The notes beneath the pieces were generated by a model, which saw only the letters and a program-made list of their open reading frames with translations, was not told where the DNA came from and did no database searches. A stretch of 63,960 nt of DNA, the filler included, from Octopus bimaculoides (taxonomy: Eukaryota): NCBI RefSeq assembly GCF_001194135.2. It is 5 parts of 5 records of this genome, joined end to end, with 100 filler letters (N's around TTAATTAATTAA, not from the genome) between each part and the next. Parts side by side here need not be neighbours in the genome. Positions count along the whole stretch, not along the records: positions 47,610 to 55,473 come from NC_068989.1; positions 55,574 to 62,592 come from NW_026426940.1; positions 62,693 to 63,960 come from NC_068996.1; 2 more parts are not named here. One strand, written 5' to 3'. Of the stretch, positions 53,229-63,960 are shown piece after piece (the stretch's first letter is position 1; every line of letters begins with the position of its first letter). Made by a program: the position numbers and the translations under genes.

Positions 53229-54924
53229 ATGTCGCCCGACAACAGCATACAAGCTTCCAAACCTGTGGTAAAAGAGACAAAAACTATGATGATACATACA
53301 GTAGCTTTACAAGGAAAAATTGCAGACTATATTTCACAAGAAAGAATTACAAATGGCTGGGAAAAGATAGAAACTTCCAATCGTATCCCCTACTAGCTCA
53401 GTTGTATGACAGAGCGTACATTTTGGAACCATCCACTTTATTCTAAAATCATGGAAGAATTAAGTGAGAATAATATTCGATCTGCTGCCTACCGAACTGC
53501 AATGAAGTTACGAAATCTGCAGCAAAATCTGAATTTGGACTTGGTGCCTATCGACAAAGTTCGCAATGTCTTCAAGCAGCATGGCTGTCCACAAAATGAA
53601 GACCCTTGGCATGACCTCAATGAAATCTACGAGACCTTTTTGCCGACTGTCAACATCCAAGATTAGACAAGACCACAAATATACGGTCATCCAATCTCGT
53701 TCAGAATTTTATATTAAATTTATACGACAAAGAAGAGGTGTAGTCCATGCTCTGTCTGTGAAAACTGCTCTTGAAGCTATATGTGGTGGACAGCTTGGCG
53801 ATAAATACAAATATTTTTATGAAGAAATCAGTGATCCCAGCACCTTTATTGACTGCACTGTGCTGTCCAGTTTTCTTGTGGCTCTCATGCCGAGTCCTGA
53901 TTTAATTCATGAAGGAATTGCATATGGCGGTTTAAACTCAATTCCTACTTTAGAAAGTTGTCTTCAAATGAGTGATTGTAAATATGGTATTTCTGAAGAC
54001 ATGTTGTGTGCCTCGCTTAACAAATAACCCTACACATTGGTCTGGTTACCAACCGTTCACAGAATTGTCACTACAGAATCTGGTAAGCATGAAGCCAAAT
54101 GTAGCATCTGCAAAGATTTTCCAATTATTGGATTCCGCAATCGGTGCCTTAAGTGTTTCAAAATTGATATGTGTCAACAATGTATCTTCAACGGTAAAAC
54201 TAAAAGCAAACACAAACTGATGGAATTTTGTGCTGTTGTCAGCACCAAACAAGATATGAAAGCATTCCTAATTACTGTGAGAAACAACTTGAGTAAAAAA
54301 CACAGGTACAGACGTCGAGTAAAGTACCTACCTGTAGATAATTGCAACAGCAGTATTGGAGGTGACAGTGACACAATGTCCACTGCACCAACTCGGAGAT
54401 CTACAATGTACGAAGAACATTGTGAAATGGAACATCCAACCAGAGTAAAGCAAATGTGCTCAAAATCTTTACAAACTGTTAATTTGATGGTAACAGTTAG
54501 TGTCCATAATAAGAAAAACCGTGCACCATATCCAACAGAAATGGTAGCTTTGCAACAGGTACAGGATCTCTAGAAATTATTCGAGATTTGTAGTCTGAAA
54601 GCTGAAATCTAAATCGGCAGTTGGCCGAAATTCGAGAAAACAGAATGCTGTAGTAGCTTATCATATGGTGAAGACATTTGAATGGAGAAAGAATTGGTTG
54701 AAGTTAAAAAGGAAGATGTGGACGACCATAATCTAAGGCTGAATAAGCAGCTGAATCGAGTTCACGTCATGCTGAAGAATAAGGCAGCAAGTAAAATATA
54801 CCAAATCCAGTGCTAGCAAATGGAACGAACCATAACAATTCACCTTTAAAAAAATGATTACCACTTAAAGAATGGTTATAATCTTCCTAATGGATTCGAT
54901 ATTCCACAGAATGATTTTAAACCA
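53229..54924 (+). pseudogene. Intronless dystrophin-family (WW-EF hand-ZZ-coiled coil) processed pseudogene
   Basis: ATG 53229; WW NGWEKIETSNRIPY*...FWNHP; AYRTAMKLRNLQ; NFILNLYD; VWLPTVHR; HEAKCSICKDFPIIGFRNRCLKCFKIDMCQQC. Nonsense codons at 53394 and 54025, and at least 2 frameshifts around 53620-53730. Confidence 0.93.
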
Positions 54925-56740
54925 CAATGTAAATGTATGTACACATTCTCAAAAGACAGCCAAACCTATATATGTATTTGATGTTATCATCACTTAACTC
55001 TCCTTTGTATATGTATATATATTTTTACTTTTGTATAACGGCCGTATAACGGTATTAGCACAAATGAAATTATACAAAAGTTTTCAACATTCTGTCACGC
55101 CGGACAAAATGCTTAAGGGCATTTTAGTATTCAAATTCTGCCAAGATTTATCATACTATGCGGGGACAATAACATGAATACCAACTCAGCACTGAGGTTG
55201 ATATGAACATCTAGACGGTTTCACTGAATTTCCAGCCTTGTGTCAATATTAGAAAGGAATATATTCATTCCTTTCCGTAACCTCATGTGATATTACAAAA
55301 TATCATATCAAATAATATAAAATGTCATGTACTTAGCATATGTACTTTTATACACAATTATACACGCACGAACAAAAGCAAACGAATATATATATTTGTA
55401 TATATGTATATCATAGCATTCCTAACAAAAATAGCTACTTGATTTGTATATATATATATATATATATATATATNNNNNNNNNNNNNNNNNNNNNNNNNNN
55501 NNNNNNNNNNNNNNNNNTTAATTAATTAANNNNNNNNNNNNNNNNNNNNNNNNNNNNNNNNNNNNNNNNNNNNGCAAAACTAAAGCGCAGGGTATTGAGA
55601 TGTTTGAGGCCGTAAATAAATAATATAGATGAAAATATACAAAATAGTTTAGCATCTATATTGGTTTCAAATTTTGGCACAAGGACAGCAGATCTGAGGG
55701 AGAGGCTAAGTTGATTACATTGACCACAGTGCTTGACTGGTACTTATTTTATCAACCCTCAAAGGATGAAAGGCAAAGCTGACTTTGGTGGAATTTGAAC
55801 TCAGAAATGTAAAGATGAACAAAATGCTGCTAATGATTGCAACAGCTCACTGCCTTTTTTAGTATATATATATTACAATCTCAATCTCATCATCCTCAAT
55901 TTAGCATTTACTTTTCCATGTTTGAAGAATCAAACAAGAATATGTCTGGTTAGTTTCCTACAGCCAGATGTCCTTCCTATTTCCAATCCCCACTTGCTTC
56001 CAAGCAAGATAATAATCCCCCAATTTATCAAACAACAGCTAGGGCATATTCATGGAGAGAATGTGGAGCAAACCAGCAACACTATATGAATGTGCTTTTT
56101 GCTTACAAATATCATGCACCATGTCAGGGAAGGCAGGTCAAAAGGCCTTTGATGTGCTTTGCAGTGGACTGTAAACAAATAACACTATGAGTGAAGCTGT
56201 GGTTTATAATAAGCAAGCAAACACACATAAAATGAAGGAGTTATGAACTCTCTCACACAAAACACATAGACACACATGCATATCTTTTATCTTTTACTTG
56301 TTTCAGCCATGCTGGAGCACGACCTTAAAGGGTTTTTGTCAAACAAAAACAAAGAAACACACACATAGATATATACATATGTATACATGCATACACACAC
56401 ACACACACGTGTGTATGCATGTATATATATATATATATTTCAACACCNNNNNNNNNNNNNNNNNNNNNNNNNNNNNNNNNNNNNNNNNNNNNNNNNNNNN
56501 NNNNNNNNNNNNNNNNNNNNNNNNNNNNNNNNNNNNNNNNNNNNNNNNNNNNNNNNNNNNNNNNNNNNNNNNNNNNNNNNNNNNNNNNNNNNNNNNNNNN
56601 NNNNNNNNNNNNNNNNNNNNNNNNNNNNNNNNNNNNNNNNNNNNNNNNNNNNNNNNNNNNNNNNNNNNNNNNNNNNNNNNNNNNNNNNNNNNNNNNNNNN
56701 NNNNNNNNNNNNNNNNNNNNNNNNNNNNNNTAACTTGTTT

Positions 56741-56812
<72 letters not shown>

Positions 56813-57579
56813 AAACAAGTTAAAAATAATGGTCATTACATATTTTTATATATATATATGTATATATACATGATGTACTTCTTTCAGTTTCCATGTAGCA
56901 AATCCACTCACAATGCTTTGGTTGGCTTGGGGCAACAATAGAAAATGCCTGCCCAAAGAGTCACGAGGTTTACTGAACTTGAAACCATATATTTGGGAAG
57001 TGAACTTCTTAACTACTCAACTTGTGCCAAATAATAATTTAGTACTGTAGATGCACAATTTAGAGTTTAAATCAAATAATCATTATTAAAGTTCAGAATA
57101 TCAAAATTATTTTCTCCACAACAGACAGAAGTAGGGAGTAATTTTAAGGCTGTATTTAAAGTATATTTCAATATAAACTAATTAAACAATAACATCTATA
57201 ACAAAAACCATAAATATAAATGAACAATTTGAAGCTTTAAATAAGAAATAAATTTGGATGTCTTACATTCAAATGTCTCATTACAGAAAACGGAAATGAG
57301 ACTTGCATCTTTGAGCTAAGAAAAGACTAATTTGACCTTTCAATGAGGTTATAACTCACGACATAACTTTTATCTTTTCAAAATATCAGAAAATAAATCA
57401 CAATTAGTATAATGATTTCTTACAGCTATGAAGCTTGCAGAATACAATAAATTGAAGCAGACATACTTATCCAGGAACTTACAATACTATGAGACGTTCC
57501 ACAACAGAAATATCATAACCATTTTGGGGTTTTGGTTTCCAGGGAATATTTTTAAAGAATAGATATGTTAATTATATGG

Positions 57580-57990
57580 GAACAGGCACTTTGCAACCAC
57601 GTGATTTCAGGTTCAGTCCAGCACCTCAGATGAGTGTCTTCTATCATAGTCAGGAGCCAACCAATGCCTTGTTAATGAATTTGGTAAACAGAAACTGTGT
57701 GAAAGCCAGTCATATATGTATATGACCTTGAATGTATGTATGCATGTACGTGTGTGTGTGTATGTGTGTATATATGTTTGTGTGTGTCTTTGTGTTTGTC
57801 CCACCATGACTTGACAGCTGGTGTTGGTCTGTTTATGTCCCCGCAACTTAGCAGTTTGACAAAAGAGATCAGTATTCTAAGTACCAGACCAGACTTATAA
57901 AATATGCACTGAGATCAATTTGTTTGATTAAAACCTTTCAAAGAGGTACTCCAGCATGACCCCAGTTCAAAGATTGGAATAAGTAAAAGA
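57580..57990 (+). mobile_element. SINE family B (diverged)
   Basis: Colinear with 35988-36420. Confidence 0.8.
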
Positions 57991-59813
57991 AAAAAAGAAT
58001 TGAATTGAATGAGATATTATTAATGCAGCTGAATTTCACTTCATTACTGGGATGGTGGGCTAACAGAATTGTTATAGCATCAGTAAAAATGCTTTGCAGT
58101 ATTTGTTCTGAGTTCAAATTCCGGTGATGTCAACTTTGCCTTACATTTTTTTCTTTTGNNNNNNNNNNNNNNNNNNNNNNNNNNNNNNNNNNNNNNGGGG
58201 GGGAAATAAAATAAAGTACCACTCATGTAATTGACCAACCCTTTTCTTCTATAAACCACTGGCCTTGTGCCTCAGTTATAAAACATTAATGAGGTAATTT
58301 TAACTGATTAAAAGCTGGGATCAGACGGGGTTCATTACATTACTCATGTTGCCTTCTTTCCCTAAACAATATACATTTCATGCAGAAAGCATACATAGTA
58401 AATTTTTCCATATCATGATTATGAAATACCTAATAAGCCAATTGTTTTAAACTCACACACTCTAAGACATGGTAAGTTCTGGTAAGATTATGATAATAAT
58501 TAATTAGGAGGTCTAAGAGTGAAGTATGTCCAAATTTATCACTATACAAAGATCAGATGCACACAACACTATATACCACCATATTTTTTAATCGTTTTAT
58601 AAGGTGGCAAGCTGGCTGAAATGTTAGCACGTCAAACAAAATGCTTTGTGGCATTTTGTCTGGCTTTACACTCTGAGTTCAAATTCTGCTGAGATCAACT
58701 TTGCCTTTCAGCATCGAATAAATAAGTACCAGTTGAACATTGGGATCAATGTAATTGACTTATCCCCTGCTCCAAAATTTGAAATCAATTTTTAATTAAT
58801 TTGGATTTCTGAGTTGTCTCTCTCGCCTTTCTTATAAAAAAATTATCATTAATGGATTTTTTTTTTTTTTTGTAAATCTTTTCATTACAGATATAATTTT
58901 AATTGGTCAAACAATATTTTAAGCTCAGTACATTAAGAATGTTAACACCTACTTAAGTCATTAACACAGAGATTGTTTAAAATGTTATCCCTTAGAACAC
59001 TGAAATTTACATTAGTGAGTGAATGAATATAAATAAAAAAAAAACATTTAAATAATAGCCTTTCTTTAAAATTAAAGTTCTCTAACAATTCCAACTTAAA
59101 GTAATAATGATGGGGAAAATTAGGAGGATTAACAATTTTCAGTTTATAATTAATTATTGATAAAACTTATTAAACTAACTATGCACCACTCCCAAAATGC
59201 ATGGCTTTGTACCTATATGAAAAATCATTATTAATTATTGATTTAATTAATTTAATTTAATTAGCTTCTAATTAATTTGCTACATAGTTCATTAAATACG
59301 ATCACATTTATTATAAATTATACTTGAATATTAAATTTTACGTGCGTTTTATGTGTGTTTTTAATGAAAAGTTTATGTGACTAATATTTCCTGTCCTGAA
59401 ACTAACATTACTTGTAATCTTATATTCTGCTGACAATATTCCTCCAGAATATTATTTCAAACAAACTAGTTCATTATAAATATTAAACACCAACCTTTTA
59501 ATCAGATTTCCAACTCCATCAATCTGCCTTGTAGGCATAACTCTTGTGATTTAAGAAAGTAGAAATCCCAAAGATAAATTCATTCTCTCTCATATGCATG
59601 CATGTATGAATGTATGTATGTACATATGTATGTATATATAAACATTATCAATCTGAAGTAAATTGTCTCACCTGGTCTATGATTTCCAGGTGTTTTAACA
59701 ACTAGCATTAATAAGGAGTGCTGTCCCACTGCAAATATGGTGAATAAACAAAACACATACATTATGTATGCATGGTCGGCATTTACCTTATTATTGCTGC
59801 TTTAAATTCATAA

Positions 59814-59851
<38 letters not shown>

Positions 59852-60197
59852 GTGTGTTGTATTTCAGGACTGAGGTTTTTTTTTTTGCCAAATAAACACA
59901 TGCACTAGATATTTGTTCTTCACTCATTTATTACTGTTCTTATTTTAACTCACAAGGACAGAAAGTGTCACTGAAGAGGACACAGATGTGTGATGTAAGA
60001 TTTCCAGACAATGCGCATGAGGTAAGATAAGAAGAGTAATAAACAAGTGAAGAACAAATATACAGTGTGAGTCTATTCAGCAAAAATGAAAAAAAATGAC
60101 CATCCCAAAATAAAACAAAATCTGTTTCAACACATAGTTTCACAACAGGAATCTTGCAACACAAATTCATAAACGTATATATATATATTAAATTATG

Positions 60198-60234
<37 letters not shown>

Positions 60235-60910
60235 TTACAAGATTTTTGATGTGAAATCGTGTGTTGAAACAGATGTTGTTGTACTTGGGGTTGGTCATAT
60301 TGCCAGTTTAGCCAATAAAAACACACGCACTGTATATTTGGTGTTAATTTGCTTCAGCTTTATATTACATTAATCTTAATCTTATTTCGGCCAGAGTTCT
60401 TTCGTCACACTTCTATGACCTCATCAGTGGTCCTTTGTTTCCTTCTTTCTTNNNNNNNNNNNNNNNNNNNNNNNNNNNNNNNNNNNNNNNNNNNNNNNNN
60501 NNNNNNNNNNNNNNNNNNNNNNNNNNNNNNNNNNNNNNNNNNNNNNNNNNNNNNNNNNNNNNNNNNNNNNNNNNNNNNNNNNNNNNNNNNNNNNNNNNNN
60601 NNNNNNNNNNNNNNNNNNNNNNNNNNNNNNNNNNNNNNNNNNNNNNNNNNNNNNNNNNNNNNNNNNNNNNNNNNNNNNNNNNNNNNNNNNNNNNNNNNNN
60701 NNNNNNNNNNNNNNNNNNNNNNNNNNNNNNNNNNNNNNNNNNNNNNNNNNNNNNNNNNNNNNNNNNNNNNNNNNNNNNNNNNNNNNNNNNNNNNNNNNNN
60801 NNNNNNNNNNNNNNNNNNNNNNNNNNNNNNNNNNNNNNNNNNNNNNNNNNNNNNNNNNNNNNNNNNNNNNNNNNNNNNNNNNNNNNNNNNNNNNNNNNNN
60901 NNNNNNNNNN

Positions 60911-61240
60911 GGACAAGTGTCTTCTACTATAGCCTCGGGCCGACCAAAGCCTTGTGAGTGGATTTGGTAGACGGAAACTGAAAGAAGCCTGTCGTATATA
61001 TGTATATATATATGTATGTGTGTATGTGTTTGTATGTCTGTGTTTGTCCCCCCAACGTCGCTTGACAACCGATGCTGGTGTGTTTATGTCCCCGTAACTT
61101 AGCGGTTCGGCAAAAGAGACAGATAGAATAAGTACTAGGCTTCCAAAGAATAAGTCCTGGGGTCGATATGCTCGACTAAAGGCGGTGCTCCAGCATGGCC
61201 ACAGTCAAAAGACTGAAACAAGTAAAAGAGTAAAAGAGAT
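60911..61240 (+). mobile_element. SINE family B (5' end in gap)
   Basis: High similarity to 36070-36420. Confidence 0.9.
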
Positions 61241-61769
61241 ACATATATTAAATATATATATCAAATTATGTATATATATATATATTAAATTATGAATACA
61301 TATATATATATACATATATTAAATATATATATCAAATTATGTATATATATCTATATATATATATATGAGACCTATATGTCTGGTCATGGGGAAATATTAC
61401 TTTGCTTACAAATAGGTGAGAGTTAGCAACAGGAAGGGTATCAGGTCATAGAAAATCTGCCTCAGTATATTCCATCTGACAATGAATATAGAAAAATGGG
61501 TGCTAAAACAATGGTGATTATATATATAAATATATATATCATTGTTAATATACTATATATATATATATAGTCACTAGAATTCTTTCATATATATTCAAAT
61601 TACAGTATCTCTAAATATATACAAAAGAGAAAACAAAATGAGTCGTTAAGTTAGAATATGGAAAACAAATTCGAAATTTTTCCTAGCTTATTTAAAAGTT
61701 TATTATTTATCTGTGCCCAAGTATATTCATCCACACAAACACACATTATTATTACTGCCAAGGATGACT

Positions 61770-62087
61770 TTGATTTTCATCCTTTTGGAGTCAATAAAAT
61801 AAGTACCAGTTACACACTGGGGTTAATGTAATCGACTTAATCCCCTCCCTCAAGCTGCCCTTGTGGCAAAAATTTGAAATCATTATCATTATTATTATTA
61901 TTATATTTTACTTCTCATTCATCTTTATATTTTGAGTTCAAATTCTGCCACAGTTGACTTTGCCTTTCATCCTTTCGGGGGGTCAATAAAATAAGTTCCA
62001 GTTGAGCACTGGGGTTGATATAATCGACTTACCCACTTGCCCCAAAATTGCTGGCCTTTGTGCCAAAAGTTGAAACGATTATTATTA

Positions 62088-62131
<44 letters not shown>

Positions 62132-62300
62132 TAGGCCAGCAAGCTGGTAGAATTGTTAGCACACCAGACAAAATGCTTAACGGTATTTCACCCTTCTTTA
62201 TGTTCTGAGTCAATTAAATAAGTACCACTTACACATTGGGGTCAATGTGATCAACTGTCCTCCTCCTCACAAAATCCAGGCCTTGTGCCTATAGTAGAAA
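61770..62300 (+). mobile_element. Three tandem SINE family A fragments with (ATT)n spacers
   Basis: Repeated core ctttcatccttt..gtcaataaaataagtaccag...ggccttgtg. Confidence 0.8.
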
Positions 62301-62323
62301 GGATTATTATTATTATTATTGTT

Positions 62324-62592
62324 CAGTAGTTTTATTTTTATAACGTGCTTTCACTTCACTACCGAGCGCAGCTCTGTGTACCTTGGGTATGTGCTGTGGT
62401 TTGCTGTGATGCTCTTATGGTTACTGTATTGAAATTGTTTTGCATAGGATGTGTGCAGTGCATAGTAGTGCAATTTTCTGTATGTTATATATATTTCTAA
62501 GTCCTGGTATCTTTGTTATGTATTTGTCTGAATATTTTTTTATTATACCTAAGGCACCTACTATGATAGGAATTGTTTCTGTTTTTAGATTC
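62324..62592 (-). mobile_element. R4/Dong-like LINE 3' end (same family as 11948)
   Basis: cagtagttttatttttataacgtgctttcacttcactaccgagcgcagc shared with the 11948 copy; abuts (ATT)n. Confidence 0.9.
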
Positions 62593-62692
62593 NNNNNNNN
62601 NNNNNNNNNNNNNNNNNNNNNNNNNNNNNNNNNNNNTTAATTAATTAANNNNNNNNNNNNNNNNNNNNNNNNNNNNNNNNNNNNNNNNNNNN

Positions 62693-63960
62693 GTGCGCAA
62701 TTTAAGAGTGTTTTCACTTCTCCTCAGAGTCACATGCAGATAAAGAACCCAGCTAATTTCTTTGACAATATCACTCAGCAGAAAAAGACTGCATCCATTA
62801 CCTACATTGACATTGAAGAGGAAGATGTAATAGCTGTCATAAACGAAATGAGCTCAAATTCGACAACTGGCCCCGATGGTTTCCCAGCTGTCCTCCTAAA
62901 GTCGTGTAAACAAGAATTAGCAGGACCACTCTGGATACTCTTCCAGAGTTTCCTTGCAAGTAGTAAACTTCCCAAAAAGCTGACGGAAGGCATCATATGT
63001 CCTATTCATAAAAGTGGAAGCAGAGCAGAGGCTGGGAACTACAGGCCCATCTTTCTAACTTCACATATTAGCAAAGTCATGGAACGAACTGTCACAAGGA
63101 GGCTGATTGCATTTTCTAGAAGAAAATGACTTGCTGAATGAGACCCAGCATGGTTTCTGTCCAGGTAGAAGCTGCCTCACACATCTCTTGCAGCATTATG
63201 ACTGGGTCCTGAAGCAGCTACTTGACCATTCAAATGTTGATGTGATATATTTTAACTTTGCAAAAGCCTTTGACAAAGTTGATCATGGCATGCTATGTCG
63301 CAAGCTGCAAAACCTTGGCATAGCTGGTAAATTAGGAGAATGGCTGCATGACTTCATGAATGGTAGAAGTCAAACAGTTGCAGCCAATGGAGAATTATCT
63401 AGGGAAACGCAAATATTGAGTGGTGTCCTGGGGCCACTACTGTTCATAGTACCCCTTCTGGACATGCCCACAGTCACTCAGGCAGCCATTGTCGCTAGCT
63501 ACGCTGATGACACAAAACTATCTCAGGCAATAAAGAATCCTGATGATATCATAAGCCTGCAGAATGACCTAAATGCAATATATAAGTGGGCAGAGCAAAA
63601 TAATATGCAGTTCAATGCAAAAAAATTTCAAGTACTGCACTACAAAGCCACAAGTGCCTCCCAACTGGCATACACAGAACCTGGAGGTACTGCAATTCCA
63701 GAACCACAAACAGTAAGAGACCTGGGCATCAACATGTGTAGTGATGCATCATTTCACATGCACATTGTCAAATTGACAGCAAAGTGCAGACAACTGGCAG
63801 AGTGGATACTGAGGACATTCAGAACAAGGGATCAAAAAGTCATGTTGACTCTATGGAAGACATTTGTTCTGAGCCACCTAGACTATTGCTCTCAGTTGTG
63901 GTCACCACACAGTGTTAAGCGGACAGCAGAACTCGAGCCAATTCAGCGTCACTATACAAA
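62693..63960 (+). mobile_element. CR1/Jockey-group LINE reverse transcriptase (frameshifted, runs off window)
   Basis: GPDGFP, NYRPIFLTSHISKVME, QHGF..GRSC, FAKAFDKVDH, LGPLLF, YADDTK, DLGI and HLDYCSQLWSP motifs. Frameshift near 63115. Confidence 0.92.

Noticed and set aside
53394-54610. Rescue of pseudogene stops by A-to-I editing (TAG/TGA to TGG)
   Set aside because: Homology predicts Tyr, Glu or Arg rather than Trp at these sites, and frameshifts cannot be repaired by editing.
56731-56822. Palindrome taacttgtttct-(TA)n-agaaacaagtta
   Set aside because: Self-complementary (TA)n next to a gap; typical read-flip assembly artefact.
79-62640. Most ORF-track entries (poly-I/L/Y/N/T, YIYI, HTHT and X-run ORFs)
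   Set aside because: Translations of microsatellites or N gaps; no protein signal.

Overview
AT-rich, gapped eukaryotic draft scaffold with no prokaryotic features and no CRISPR array. The mix of tRNA-SINEs, R4/Dong-like LINEs and microsatellites resembles a coleoid cephalopod (Octopus-like) genome; this is inference from recalled repeat families, not verified. Nearly all ORF-track entries are microsatellite or N-run artefacts. Host genes found by splice-aware reading: (i) two + strand coding exons (29185-29225, 43396-43533) matching the N-terminus of AP-5 complex subunit zeta-1 (AP5Z1); (ii) three spliceable terminal exons of an unidentified - strand gene (257-914), with a possible first exon head-to-head with AP5Z1. 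The rest is mostly TE debris: hAT, mariner, maT (DD37D), MITEs, Helitron, Hero, R4/Dong-like, CR1-group, Penelope-like and several SINE families. Two things stand out. (1) An intronless dystrophin-family (WW-EF-ZZ-coiled coil) pseudogene whose 3' ~650 bp is duplicated in inverted orientation just upstream. It could form a long RNA hairpin, probably within AP5Z1 intron 2, and it abuts a Hero element. (2) A tRNA-headed short element carrying a minimal hammerhead ribozyme, present twice: once with a perfect 14-bp TSD, once with a fold-back 5' end. All homology calls are by-eye or from memory and need database confirmation; TE boundaries are approximate.
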